From positions 1,116,001 to 1,180,000 of the forward strand of contig OZ025796.1 in the NCBI GenBank assembly GCA_964019425.1: a DNA stretch of 64,000 bases, in the 5' to 3' direction. Positions 35,501-46,247 of this stretch are shown here, piece after piece. Both the position numbers and the translations under genes were made by a program. Each line of letters starts with the position of its first letter. Positions within the stretch are counted from its first letter, which is position 1. The notes below the pieces were generated by a model that saw only the letters and a program-made list of their open reading frames with translations, did not search any database and was not told where the DNA came from. The stretch is from Flectonema sp. DT1601 (Eukaryota).

Positions 35501-37645
35501 ATGGATCATTAAACTCCATGTTAACCTTGACAATAACAAGTGTTGGACAGACCAAGCCTTCTGAGACCCATATAGTGGCATGGCGTCGACTTTTTTTAAA
35601 AAATTCCTGGTAAAAGTGGTCAGGCGCTCTCGCAATTTCTGTTCTTTGGCGTTCGGCTCAAACCAACGCCCGAGGTATTTGAACTCTCCAGCTTCCTGGA
35701 GATTCGTAATCGGAACATTGTTAATCTTCAGGTCCGGGTTAGCTGGTTTCCCTTGTACAAAGCTGTGGGCAATGCATTTCTGGGGTTTCGCTTTCATACC
35801 ACGAGACCAGGAAAGAAACTGTTCGAGCGACTTGATTAGCAATTTTGCCCCCGCCTTTGATGACGTGGTAAGTTGTAAATCATCAGCAAAAGCTGCAACT
35901 AATAGTTGGAGGGATTTATTGTTAAACTCGTAGGCTTCCTGTTGATGAACTGCTAAGGAAAAGAGCAGTAGTTGGAATACCAAATTAAAAAGGGTTGGGG
36001 AGGAAACGCAGCCTTGAAAGACACCAACTTCAAAAGGGATAGTGGGCGTCAGGCCTTCTCCAACTCTGATTTGGACGCGCATGGAGGAATAATACCTTTT
36101 ATAGAAACCGATTATTCTTTCGTGAATTCCGAAATATTTTAAAGCAAAGAAAATTAATTGATGTTTGACTGAGCCGAAAGCATCTGCCAAATCCACCCAG
36201 ACAATTGTTAGGTTTTTCCGGAGAGCTTTCACTTCTTTAAAAATCTCTGAGGTGATCGTGGCATGTTCGATACACCCAGAGACACCTTTCCTAAAGCCTT
36301 TTTGAAAATTAAATTTAGAAAGAGTGTGGTTTGCGACGGCTTCCTGAATAACCGTATTAAAAATTTTCCCGTCGCAGTTGCCCACAGCTATCGGTCTCGT
36401 TTTCGAGATGTCTTTCCCATCGGAGTTGGGCTTTGGGAGCATTGTTACAAATGCTAAGCCCCAACTATCCGGATAGGCCTTGAGTTCGAAAATTCTCTTT
36501 AATACCTTGTAAAGTGCTTCCATAAAAGTTGGGACCTTTTTCCATACAACATAAGGTATGCAATTGGGACCAGGGGCACATTTGTTTTTTTTCTTTGATA
36601 AGAGAATACCAAACTGTTCGAAGCTCGGGAACTGGATATCATCCATTGTCTTGTAGTCAGACTTAGGTAAAAAAGAGGGATGGGTGAAATCAGTTTTTTT
36701 TTTTTCATTGTCACAATAATTGTTTTTAAAATGTTCAATTATTTTTTCCTCTGGAATATCAAGGGAGGGGGGTTGAGGATCTTCTTTTTGGAGTTCTTCT
36801 TTTATGGCAGTAAACGGATTTTGACGAAATTTATCTTGTAATTTTTTGAATAAATTTTTCTTTTCTAAATTCCGATACATTCGGAAAATCCTTTTCATTC
36901 TCGTTCTTGCCTCTTTCCATTTGACAGCGTTCTCTATAGAAGGCCCAGATTTGCGGAGCTCCTGTCTTAGCTGTTTCATTTCCAGACGACATTCAAGTTT
37001 TTCTTGGTCGAGGATGACCTCTTCCCTTGATTTCTGTTTGCGGGGTAAATTCCGCTTTGTTTCTTCAAAGAAACCGCTACATATTTGATAAACCGTTTTG
37101 AGTAGTTTATCAAGTTGGTCGGCAGGTTTTGAAGAGTTTTCTGTTTCGACGGAGAAAGTTTGAAGTTTTTCTGCAGCAGAAACGTCGATGTCCTTCCATT
37201 CAGTTCCAAAAGATCGGAATTTGAGACGAGACGGGTGTAACGGGGTAAAAGTGGGTGTTGTAGAGTTATAAGGAACGAAAGCTGTTTGTGAAGTTTTAAA
37301 ATCTACAGATTCTCCTACAAAGGGAGGTTCCAGGTCTGAATTATTCCCTGTGAGGGGAGACAGAGGTGTACCTTTACATGTACCGTTAACACAGTGTTTC
37401 GCTCTCGTAGCGATACTTTTGAAAAGCTTACCACAATCTGGACAAGGTAAGTGGTAACAATCTTTAACTTGGGAGTGGGTAGATGGGGGAAAACGTGACT
37501 TATAGTCCTTAAATTCCTTACTAAACTTACAGTTACGTCTAAAATGCGCAACTGGACCTTTGAGGTATGTCTCAAAACATAAAGGACATTTGGCTACTAA
37601 AGTTTTATCCCCATCCAGAGCCGATCTCGAAATAGCCTCTTGCAA
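32519..37645 (-). CDS. RLE-type non-LTR retrotransposon polyprotein, HERO-like (zinc fingers, RT, CCHC knuckle, restriction-like endonuclease, long C-terminal extension)
   Basis: N-terminal CPLC..H...C and CPDCGKLF...H. RT motifs APGPNCIPY, RPIAV, QKGF, WVDLADAFGSV, GVFQGCVSSP, FADD and FKYLG. CVLC..HVLTGC, QGRFTWRHDSVL and RPDIFIYS...ILELTCP. Uninterrupted 1708 codons; the true start is uncertain (TTG). Confidence 0.95.
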   Translation of the reverse strand: MQEAISRSALDGDKTLVAKCPLCFETYLKGPVAHFRRNCKFSKEFKDYKSRFPPSTHSQVKDCYHLPCPDCGKLFKSIATRAKHCVNGTCKGTPLSPLTGNNSDLEPPFVGESVDFKTSQTAFVPYNSTTPTFTPLHPSRLKFRSFGTEWKDIDVSAAEKLQTFSVETENSSKPADQLDKLLKTVYQICSGFFEETKRNLPRKQKSREEVILDQEKLECRLEMKQLRQELRKSGPSIENAVKWKEARTRMKRIFRMYRNLEKKNLFKKLQDKFRQNPFTAIKEELQKEDPQPPSLDIPEEKIIEHFKNNYCDNEKKKTDFTHPSFLPKSDYKTMDDIQFPSFEQFGILLSKKKNKCAPGPNCIPYVVWKKVPTFMEALYKVLKRIFELKAYPDSWGLAFVTMLPKPNSDGKDISKTRPIAVGNCDGKIFNTVIQEAVANHTLSKFNFQKGFRKGVSGCIEHATITSEIFKEVKALRKNLTIVWVDLADAFGSVKHQLIFFALKYFGIHERIIGFYKRYYSSMRVQIRVGEGLTPTIPFEVGVFQGCVSSPTLFNLVFQLLLFSLAVHQQEAYEFNNKSLQLLVAAFADDLQLTTSSKAGAKLLIKSLEQFLSWSRGMKAKPQKCIAHSFVQGKPANPDLKINNVPITNLQEAGEFKYLGRWFEPNAKEQKLRERLTTFTRNFLKKVDAMPLYGSQKAWSVQHLLLSRLTWSLMIHDLSLPFAKKMDKIIKPFLKKWWGFVRSANTVILFTGSKNTVGLRHKRVETLYKQAQSIKLDILRSSQDSDMHGVYNVIMEKSSNWSKKFSASAEWERLIKFFSYRSLAKQSAGLGHRLRDLRTTRPDLLKRFEVEATDELLNSLNKLQVQGQWKEWSKCMINDFTWNKVLREGNPAYISFQLKAVTNTLPSQDNLKRWNITNVDQNCVLCGKVNPTLRHVLTGCPVSLTQGRFTWRHDSVLKRIVIFLEELIIKANKRKENLPPPSQTFLKTGENKPLERISKETGELSLANDWVILDDVGDNRLIVPLEVCHVSSSLRPDIFIYSFFAKRALILELTCPNEDRFETSHVLKEKKYLKLRDSIIANGFDCNIFTIEVGVRGNICMDQLNIWTRHIGSPLAPTKALFCECTRIARQCSYVLFQTRNLPTWHSRPLMRSIKEEPATASFIKDGKEIFPVEEVKIHKVTKLKTIEKLTIERSWLEKCFIWQTCYASALSILLIANGSSSPAPSVLLDEDELTGLSLSFSSISSISFQTPPPELMSTGSQTLPADFAIVIRTQSDMGSQTPLYKKKEGKLRLKLSLKCQILENELEQMKERIFYVLFLFYFNAMSASLEKDKQLLNGLPVEIKATNQDPSSLPPAPPVLIIEKDRKEYELLEGVIQRLTAERDESKTSLSALVRQYDLVEDYRKRELANLTQRADLSELALFNYHQRFVLLSNELETKCNEERESKIRLFYTQQEVESLRAARPRMTHFSQQVSPRTPVLYESVAMMKIAKNYLSLFTTTSSLFTPLIKPLIPTLNYITPLCPLASIPPTMPQSEALDRTPTKILRQESHVISVKENTPIARQWSEGRIDLLENYCRAVDDSLETNEKAAELSEQLLDAQLRLSELNHQRCTTHAEQLEQSMMLTGLASDLNAQLALARSQIAALKFQLASWAEGLSPPDTEEHEENETPPRKSERSTLKKRTPPSRYRYNRRRCSADDVHGDSTPL

Positions 37646-38456
37646 AGCCTCGGGGGCTGGGTTGGCTGAGAGATGGTTGCCAGTATCTTTATGACACCGC
37701 CGGCCCGGTGTTTCTTTTTTTTTTTGTTGTGAAGTAGCAATAATAAGAAAAAAAAAAAAAAATAGAAAAGAGAATGGCTCAGAAACAATATCGATGAGTT
37801 AAGATCTTTTTTTTTAAACTATTCCTTTTTTTTTTAATTTCGGGCAGCTAACCCTAGAGTTTTTTTTTGGTAAATACTGTTTAAAGGAAAACGAGCTACG
37901 CTCTAAAACAGAAAAATCGGAGTAACTACTTGTTTATAATATATATTTTGATAAATAATGTGGTTGGCAAATGAATGCCGAAGAGGCAACTTGAGAAAAG
38001 CAATTGGATGAGAAGAAACATTGGGTCTTATAAAGCAAAGGAGATAGAGGGGCCTAAAAAGACCGCAGAGTGGATAGCTCGCAGAGTGGATTAGGAAGAG
38101 AAATAAAAAAGAAAAAGTGCCGATCAAACTACCGTGCAAGTAGACAGGTACACCAAAACGATGGGAGGTGTTAACCTGATGGATAGCGTGAAGGGAAGGC
38201 GAACAGAAACCTTCAAACTAAACGATGGCATCTAAAGGTTTTCGACTACTTGCTGAAAGTTTCAATGTTCAACACGTTTACCCTTCAAAAGAAATGCAGT
38301 AAGGATACTGGTACCTACACACGGTATGTAGAGGAGCTCGCTATGCAACTCGTCAGTGACGGGACGTCGAGAGACAAGACAACCAATACTACATCTACTA
38401 TTGACTCGGGTTCGCACTTTTCACACATGTTCAGCACCACTGAGCACTATCCATCG

Positions 38457-39915
38457 GAGTTGAGTTTACCAGGTGAGATTTGGACTGTTAGCTTTTGGCT
38501 AAGGCCCTCCCTGAAGAGCAAGAACAAAAAAACTACTCACACCTGAAGAAAACATACACAAAGAACACACTGTAAGCTGTGTGTGTATTTTGTGTTTGTC
38601 ACAACAGGAGAGAAAAGAAAGAATGTCAAGGTTGGTCACCTTGCCTATCAACGCACAACATTGGTGGTCTCTACTAGACCCTGAGTGATCCCACTGGATC
38701 TCTCATCGTTCATAGTACCCTGTGTGAAGTTATAAAATCAAAGGTAAACTATGAACTACAAATGACTTAGCCTGTTATTATAATGCCACAGGCAGGCCCT
38801 GCATTCAGCAACTATCCAGCAGTGCTAGGATGTCCTGATCTTCTTCTAAAAAAAAGAAAGAAAAACAAAACTGTAGCTGGGATCACTCAGGATCAACAGA
38901 CTACCAATGCTACCTGTTGTACTTGCTCACTATGGGGGGTGATGCCAAACACCCAGAAGTACTTAACTACTTTCCTTCTTGCTGCCCAGGAGTTTCTGAC
39001 CAGAACTAATAGAAAATAAAAAGTAGATGGGAAATAATAAAAAGTAAAATGAATATAACTGAAGTTAAACAAGACAAATGAGGTAACAGACCAGAACAGA
39101 TAGAGAATAAAAATAAAAGATATAGGCAAGAATGATTGTAGTGAAAGATTACAAATAAAAAAAATGCAAGATCAACACATGATCAAGATACACCAGCAGC
39201 TAACAAACAACATAAAATTGAAGATCAGTTGCCAGAGTATTTCAACCATGGTAGAATACTCGCCCCTCTGGCAGGGATTATCCCAGACTTGTCCTTTAAT
39301 CTAGTTGGACACCATGGCTTACAACCCTTCCAGAGGGAAGCACCATTATGACTTCTATTTTTTTTCTTCAAGAAAATCATAAGGTGGGAACAAAGAAAAA
39401 TGCTAAGAGGAACCCCTTATTAACACCTAAGACATCTAAACTGCAGCCCAGCTTATGCCCAATGCACTAACAGGTCATTCCCTCACACTCAGATCAAAAA
39501 ATCAAAGTTCAGAGTGCATCTTAGCGTGAATGAGAGAATTTCCTCCCGCTTTTTTTGAACAAAAGGGATAGGAGAAGGGATAGAAAACGAACATAACAAT
39601 AAGATTCTAAGTGAGGAACACTTAGCAGAAATACTTAGCAGCTTTTAAGGAGCTGAAAAGCAAAAAAAAAATCTAAGTGAGAAACACTTAGTAGAAACAC
39701 TTTGTAGCTAATTGAGCTGAAAATAAAAAAATAAAAAAATTTCTAAGTGAGAGATACTTAGCAACTTTTAGAACAAATATTTCAGTAAATAACCTGTTGA
39801 AATGGTAGTTAATGTAACCATTACAGGTTTGATGCCAATACTGACAAAGACTGAGTTGAGTTTACCAGGTGAGATTTGGACTGTTAGCTTTTGGCTAAGG
39901 CCCTCCCTGAAGAGC
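38457..39915 (-). mobile_element. Full-unit family A element (1396 bp plus 63-bp terminal direct repeat)
   Basis: 38457-38519 is repeated at 39853-39915. It is inserted in the piggyBac ORF between HYPSE and the Cys-rich domain. Confidence 0.92.
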
Positions 39916-40444
39916 TGCGATATTTGGCGCTGCTAAACAATGTAAGTATCACAATACTCGAGTGAGGACTACTTATGGATGCCAGGGGTGTAAGGTTTTT
40001 ATGTGTCCTGCACCCTGTTTTGGCAAATACCACTTAAATCTTACAAAGGGGAGAACATTTGCGTCCCATACCACCACCTCTGTGTCGGGAGGTGCTATCC
40101 GGGAAGAATGTACGAAGGGGAAGACCCCTGCACTCACAACAACATCAAAATTGAAGAGGCGCAGGGAGTCATAAGAACTGAGCTTATTTTTGTCTTTGGT
40201 GGTGTTTTCATTTGTTCTGTTCACCCTTTAGGTGGTGAATGTGTGTGTATTTTTAACGGGCAGGCAATGGCGGTTCACTTTGTCACATCACCTTTCCGAG
40301 CCCCCCTACCCCTTTTCCCCGTTAGCTCTTTTTTCAAAAAAAGTCAAAAAACCGGGTTTTACCCCCGTCCGTAATGGGTTAAAAAATAAATAAAAAGAAT
40401 TTAAAAAAAAAAAAAAAAAAAAAAAGAATAAACGAAAAAAAAAA

Positions 40445-40844
40445 AATTTCGATAAAGTGGGAAGTAACGGACTGGGAGCTTTTGGCTCCTGCCCTATTCC
40501 CGATGTAAACTTTCTTTTTATTTTTTTTTTTTTTTTTAACAGGCCCAAAGGGCGACAATGATGGTTGCTGACCAAGGAATAATATTCAAATGAATTTTCG
40601 TTTCAAAGAAACGAACAGAATTAAGAGAGAGGTAGAGAAAAAAAAAAAAAAAAAAAAGAAAGAATAGAAAAAAAATATGAAGAGGAAATAATCAAACATG
40701 AAAAAAAAAAGAAAAAAAAAATATAAATAAAAAACGTTGTATGAAAAAGGAAAAAAAAGAAAAAAAAAAAAAAAAGACCAGAAAAGGAAAGAGAAAATGA
40801 AAAGGTATAATATTATTGTGGGGATATGAGGATAGCAGGGAGAT

Positions 40845-40879
<35 letters not shown>

Positions 40880-42630
40880 TTATTATTTAAAAAAAGGAAA
40901 CAATCAGTTTAGCGTCTCGATCAGGACGGAAAATAGAAATTAATCGACATAGTCGATCGATAGAAAAAAAAACAATGATAACATTGTTTATTCCTTTTTT
41001 TTTTTTTTTTTTTTTATTCTTTTTATTTATTTTTAAAGAAAAAACAATCAGTTTAGCGTCTTGACCAGGACGGAAAATAGAAAGTGATCGACATAGTCGA
41101 TCGATAAAAAGACAATGATAACATTGTTTATTCTTTTTTTTTTTTTTTTTTTAAATTCTTTTTATTTATTTTTAAAGAAAAAAAAACGGAAAATAAAAAT
41201 TAGTCGACAAAGTCGAACGATAAAAAAAAACAATGATAAGAGTTGAATTTCCAGGTGAGATTTGGACTGTTAGCTTTTGGCTAAGGCCCTCCCTGAAGAG
41301 CAAGAACAAAAAAACTACTCACACCTGAAGAAAACATACACAAAGAACACACTGTAAGCTGTGTGTGTATTTTGTGTTTGTCACAACAGGAGAGAAAAGA
41401 AAGAATGTCAAGGTTGGTCACCTTGCCTATCAACGCACAACATTGGTGGTCTCTACTAGACCCTGAGTGATCCCACTGGATCTCTCATCGTTCATAGTAC
41501 CCTGTGTGAAGTTATAAAATCAAAGGTAAACTATGAACTACAAATGACTTAGCCTGTTATTATAATGCCACAGGCAGGCCCTGCATTCAGCAACTATCCA
41601 GCAGTGCTTGGATGTCCTGATCTTCTTCTAAAAAAAAGAAAGAAAAACAAAACTGTAGCTGGGATCACTCAGGATCAACAGACTACCAATGCTACCTGTT
41701 GTACTTGCTCACTATGGGGGGTGATGCCAAACACCCAGAAGTACTAAACTACTTTCCTTCTTGCTGCCCAGGAGTTTCTGACCAGAACTAATAGAAAATA
41801 AAAAGTAGATGGGAAACAATAAAAAGTAAAATGGATATAACTGAAGTTAAACAAGACAAATGAAGTAACAGACCAGAACAGAAAGAGAATTGTAATAGAA
41901 GATTACAAATAAGAAAATGCAAGTATCAACACATAATCAAGATACACCAGCAGCTAACAAACAACATAAAATTGAAGATCAGTTGCCAGAGTATTTCAAC
42001 CATGGTAGAATACTCGCCCCTCTGGCAGGGATTATCCCAGACTTGTCCTTTAATTTAGTTGGACACCATGGTTGTTTATTCTTTTTTTTTTTTGTTTTTT
42101 TTTATATTCTTTTTTATTAATTTTGAAAAAAAAACAATCAGTTTAGCGTCTTGACCAGGACGGAAAATAGAAAGTGATCGACATAGTCGATCGATAAAAA
42201 GACAATGATAACATTGTTTATTCTTTTTTTTTTTTTTTTTTTAAATTCTTTTTATTTATTTTTAAAGAAAAAAAAACGGAAAATAAAAATTAGTCGACAA
42301 AGTCGAACGATAAAAAAAAAACAATGATAACATTGTTTATTCTTTTTTTTTTTGTTTTTTTTTATATTCTTTTTTATTAATTTTGAAAAAAAAACAATCA
42401 GTTTAGCGTCTTGACCAGGACGGAAAATAGAAAGTAATCGACATAGTCGATCGATAAAAAAAAAACAATGATAACATTGTTTACTCTTTTTTTTTTTTTT
42501 TTTTAAATTCTTTTTATTTTAAAAAGAAAAAAAACGGAAAATAGAAATTAGTCAACAAAGTCGAACGATAAAAAAAAAACAATGATAACATTGTTTATTC
42601 TTTTTTTTTTATTTTTTTATATTCTTTTAT
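40445..42630 (-). mobile_element. Family D copy (fixed terminus plus satellite B), containing an A insertion
   Basis: Starts with the same AATTTCGATAAAGTGGGAAG end as 26822. Confidence 0.85.
41240..42071 (-). mobile_element. Family A truncated copy inserted in satellite B
   Basis: Interrupts CAATGATAA|(CA)TTGTTTATTC and has the same fixed end. Confidence 0.9.
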
Positions 42631-43162
42631 GTTATCATTGTTTTTTTATCGATCGACTATGTCGATCACTTTCTATTTTCCGTCCTGGTCAAGACGCTAA
42701 ACTGATTGTTTTTTTTTTTCAAAATTAATAAAAAAGAATATAAAAAAATACAAAAAAAAGAATAAACAATGTTATCATTGTTTTTTTTATCGATCGACTA
42801 TGTCGATTACTTTCTATTTTCCGTCCTGGTCAAGACGCTAAACTGATTGTTTTTTTTTCAAAATAAAAAAAAATATTAAAAAAAAAAAATAAAAAAAAAG
42901 AATAAACAATGTTATCATTGTTTTTTTTTATCGTTCGACTTTGTTGACTAATTTCTATTTTCCGTTTTTTTTTCTTTAAAAAATAAATAAAAAGAATTTA
43001 AAAAAAAAAAAAAAAAAAAGAATAAACAATGTTATCATTGTTTTTTTTATCGATCGACTATGTCGATTACTTTCTATTTTCCGTCCTGGTCAAGACGCTA
43101 AACTGATTGTTTTTTTTTCAAAATAAAAAAAAATATTAAAAAAAAAAAATAAAAAAAAAGAA
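42631..43162. repeat. Satellite B in the opposite orientation (inversion junction at ~42630)
   Basis: The motif orientation flips. The sequence resembles 24390-24659. Confidence 0.9.
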
Positions 43163-43800
43163 GGGAAAACCCCTAATTCCACAAAAATAGTTTGCGAAAT
43201 CGCCAACTCATCACAAAAATTTTAACCGCTCGAAACAACCCAACATGACGGGAAGATTTTCAGAATTTTCGAAGCTCCGGTGGTTTATTGGTTATGACCG
43301 CCGAATCATGACCCGGAGGTCTCGGGTTCGAACCCCGTGACATCCTTTTTTCTCTTTTTCGTAATGACGGAAAATGTGACCAAAACATAGTCAAAGGGCG
43401 GATTGATCACCCACTGGTCGAGTTGAGACATATTCCCGTTGCAATAAATCACCAAGACCCTCCCGTGTGATCGATCACTTTAAAATGTTACTGTGCAGTT
43501 CACCAGTGAGACTAAGACCTCCAACCAAAATTCACCAGACTTCAAGCAGCATTCCAAATTAGGTAATTTTTGTCAGACACATTCGAACCATCGAGAACAG
43601 AAATTCTCACGTTAGTAAAAGCTTGACCTTTAGAAATGTGGCATAACGATCCTCATCATCGATTTAGGTTCGTGACTTAGAAGCCTTCGTCAATGTGGCC
43701 CTCCTCCCAGCCAAACTCCCCACCTGACTGGTGTCTCCAAACGAGGGGTCGAGCCGAAGCCCGTTTGTCGCTGGAATCGGAAAAGCTACGAGTTTCGAAA
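43163..43800 (+). mobile_element. Partial copy of the Pack-MULE (left TIR, tRNA-like 43274-43345, LSU fragment ~43672-43800)
   Basis: Near-identical to 21491-21510 joined to 22611-23220, without the A insertion. Confidence 0.88.
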
Positions 43801-45087
43801 TCCGAAAGACTCCTGTTGTGCTTGTTCTTGCCAATCTGAAGAGGGTCGGTGGTCCTGCGTTGATGTGGTAGCCATTGGAAGCCCGTGTGCCTCTGGAATA
43901 TGTTGTACGTTATCAGTAGGGCAACATTCACGCCACTGGTTCCATCAGTTGACTAAGAACTATCAACAACACTGAATAACCTCCCCATCCCTTGAGGGGT
44001 GCAGGATGACAACGAACACAACGGTTGTTAGCTTCATCCCACGAGCACGACGGTACCAGAGGAAGTATCATGCTGCAGCGATGTGACGGAGGGTGAGGAG
44101 GAAGCTGCTGCTTCAAGAAGTCAGGTCACCGACAGATCACCTGTGAATCCATCAACAAGCCGGACTGTCCTTCGAGATATAATTGGTGACTTCGACCCGC
44201 TTCCCTTCTGTCTGTGCACCTGCGACAGCTTCAACTATGTCACTCACTCAGGACTTAGTTAGATCTCTCTGCGCCGATCCCTTCTTGCCGCAATATCTGC
44301 AGTGTAGTTAAGACTCCAAGACTCTAGGAGTATATCCCCCTTGTTTGGGTACAGTTGCAAGCGGATGTGTCTTCCGTACTTCTTTGTATGCCGCATGTAC
44401 TGGAGTGTCTTGTATGCCCTGCTGGTGAGTATGGTTGGGTCTTGAGTGATGCCTTGAACGGCTTTTTGGACGGGGCATGTTGCCCTATGTCGCTGTTGCT
44501 ATCTATGGCACTGCTATTTGAGGCACTACCACTACAGCTGTCTTCAGGCTTATCCCTGTTTGGGGTACAGACGTGGCGCTTTGTCTATTCTGTGAGCCTT
44601 CTGTGACCACGATTCAGATACTGGACGTTTTTGGACCCCTTTCTCACGCGTATCTTGCTTCTGACTGTCCAAGTGCTGTTGAGTGACTTCAGGGATGTCT
44701 CGGGAGGTGTTTTCATGCACTCCGGGATCAATGCTCTCCTCCGCAGAATGACTTTGTGAGCTGCCCTGCAGAACGTTGTTTTCCGCTGCGATATCCTCCG
44801 GTTTATCAAATATGTAGCGGTTTCTTTGAAGAAACAAAGCGGAATTTACCCCGCAAACAGAAATCAAGGGAAGAGGTCATCCTCGACCAAGAAAAACTTG
44901 AATGTCGTCTGGAAATGAAACAGCTAAGACAGGAGCTCCGCAAATCTGGGCCTTCTATAGAGAACGCTGTCAAATGGAAAGAGGCAAGAACGAGAATGAA
45001 AAGGATTTTCCGAATGTATCGGAATTTAGAAAAGAAAAATTTATTCAAAAAATTACAAGATAAATTTCGTCAAAATCCGTTTACTGC

Positions 45088-46247
45088 GTTGAATTTCCAG
45101 GTGAGATTTGGACTGTTAGCTTTTGGCTAAGGCCCTCCCTGAAGAGCAAGAACAAAAAAACTACTCACACCTGAAGAAAACATACACAAAGAACACACTG
45201 TTAGCTGTGTGTGTATTTTGTGTTTGTCACAACAGGAGAGAAAAGAAAGAATGTCAAGGTTGGTCACCTTGCCTATCAACGCACAACATTGGTGGTCTCT
45301 ACTAGACCCTGAGTGATCCCACTGGATCTCTCATCGTTCATAGTACCTATGTGAAGTTATAAAATCAAAGGTAAACTATGAACTACAAATGACTTAGCCT
45401 GTTATTATAATGCCACAGGCAGGCCCTGCATTCAGCAACTATCCAGCAGTGCTAGGATGTCCTGATCTTCTTCTAAAAAAAAGAAAGAAAAACAAAACTG
45501 TAGCTGGGATCACTCAGGATCAACAGACTACCAATGCTACCTGTTGTACTTGCTCACTATGGGGGGTGATGCCAAACACCCAGAAGTACTAAACTGCTTT
45601 CCTTCTTGCTGCCCAGGAGTTTCTGACCAGAACTAATAGAAAATAAAAAGTAGATGGGAAACAATAAAAAGTAAAATGGATATAACTGAAGTTAAACAAG
45701 ACAAATGAAGTAACAGACCCGAACAGAAAGAGAATTGTAATAGAAGATTACAAATAAAAAAATGCAAGTATCAACACATGATCAGGATACACCAGCAGCT
45801 AACAAACAACATAAAATTGAAGATCAGTTGCCAGAGTATTTCAACCATGGTAGAATACTCGCCCCTCTGGCAGGGATTATCCCAGACTTGTCCTTTAATT
45901 TAGTTGGACACCATGGCTTACAACCCTTCCAGAGGGAAGCACCATTATGACTTCTATTTTTTTTCTTCAAGAAAATCATAAGGTGGGAACAAAGAAAAAT
46001 GCTAAGAGGAACCCCCTATTAACACCTAAGACATCTAAACTGCAGCCCAGCCTATGCCCAATGCACTAACAGGTCATTCCCTCACACTCAGATCAAAAAA
46101 TCAAAGTTCAGAGTGCATCTTAGCGTGAATGAGAGAATTTCCTCCCGCTTATTTTGAACAAAAGGGATAGGAGAAGGGATAGAAAACGAACATAAAAATA
46201 AAATTCTAAGTGAGAAACACTTAGCAGAAACACTTAGCAGCTTTTAA
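45088..46247 (-). mobile_element. Family A insertion with an 11-bp TSD
   Basis: CCGTTTACTGC occurs at 45077-45087 and 46248-46258 but is single-copy at this site in the intact element. Confidence 0.93.

Larger units (their letters stand above)
26821..38086 (-). mobile_element. 11.3-kb composite retroelement unit: 5' UTR, HERO-like ORF, 3' region with satellite B, and terminal D stem-loop
   Basis: Flanked by TGGATTAGGA at 26811-26820 and 38087-38096. Removing it rejoins piggyBac coding sequence (DVYRWIRKRNKKEKVP). Confidence 0.8.
25903..40378 (+). mobile_element. Degenerate piggyBac transposon split by nested insertions (own sequence 25903-26820, 38087-38456, 39916-40378)
   Basis: TTAA on both sides and a 17-bp TIR CCCATTA(A/C)GGACGGGGG. 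Transposase remnants VTFDNFNSS, CVGTA*RNRKG, WRDSKDVHLFST, YTKTMGGVNLMD and RWHLKVF, plus Cys-rich RTTYGCQGCKVFMCPAPCFGKYH. Confidence 0.92.

Noticed and set aside
32519..37645. Classification as an rDNA-specific R2 element
   Set aside because: It is not inserted in 28S sequence, and the QGRFTWRHD and ELTCP motifs fit HERO-like elements better. Phylogeny is needed to confirm.
37650..38086. HDV-like ribozyme in the retrotransposon leader or at the A terminus
   Set aside because: Could not assemble P1, P3/L3 and P1.1. GGCCGGC has no partner strand. A covariance search is still needed.
38500..38560. Hammerhead ribozyme at CTGAAGAG in family A
   Set aside because: No stem II closing onto a GAAA, and no matching stem III or cleavage triplet found.
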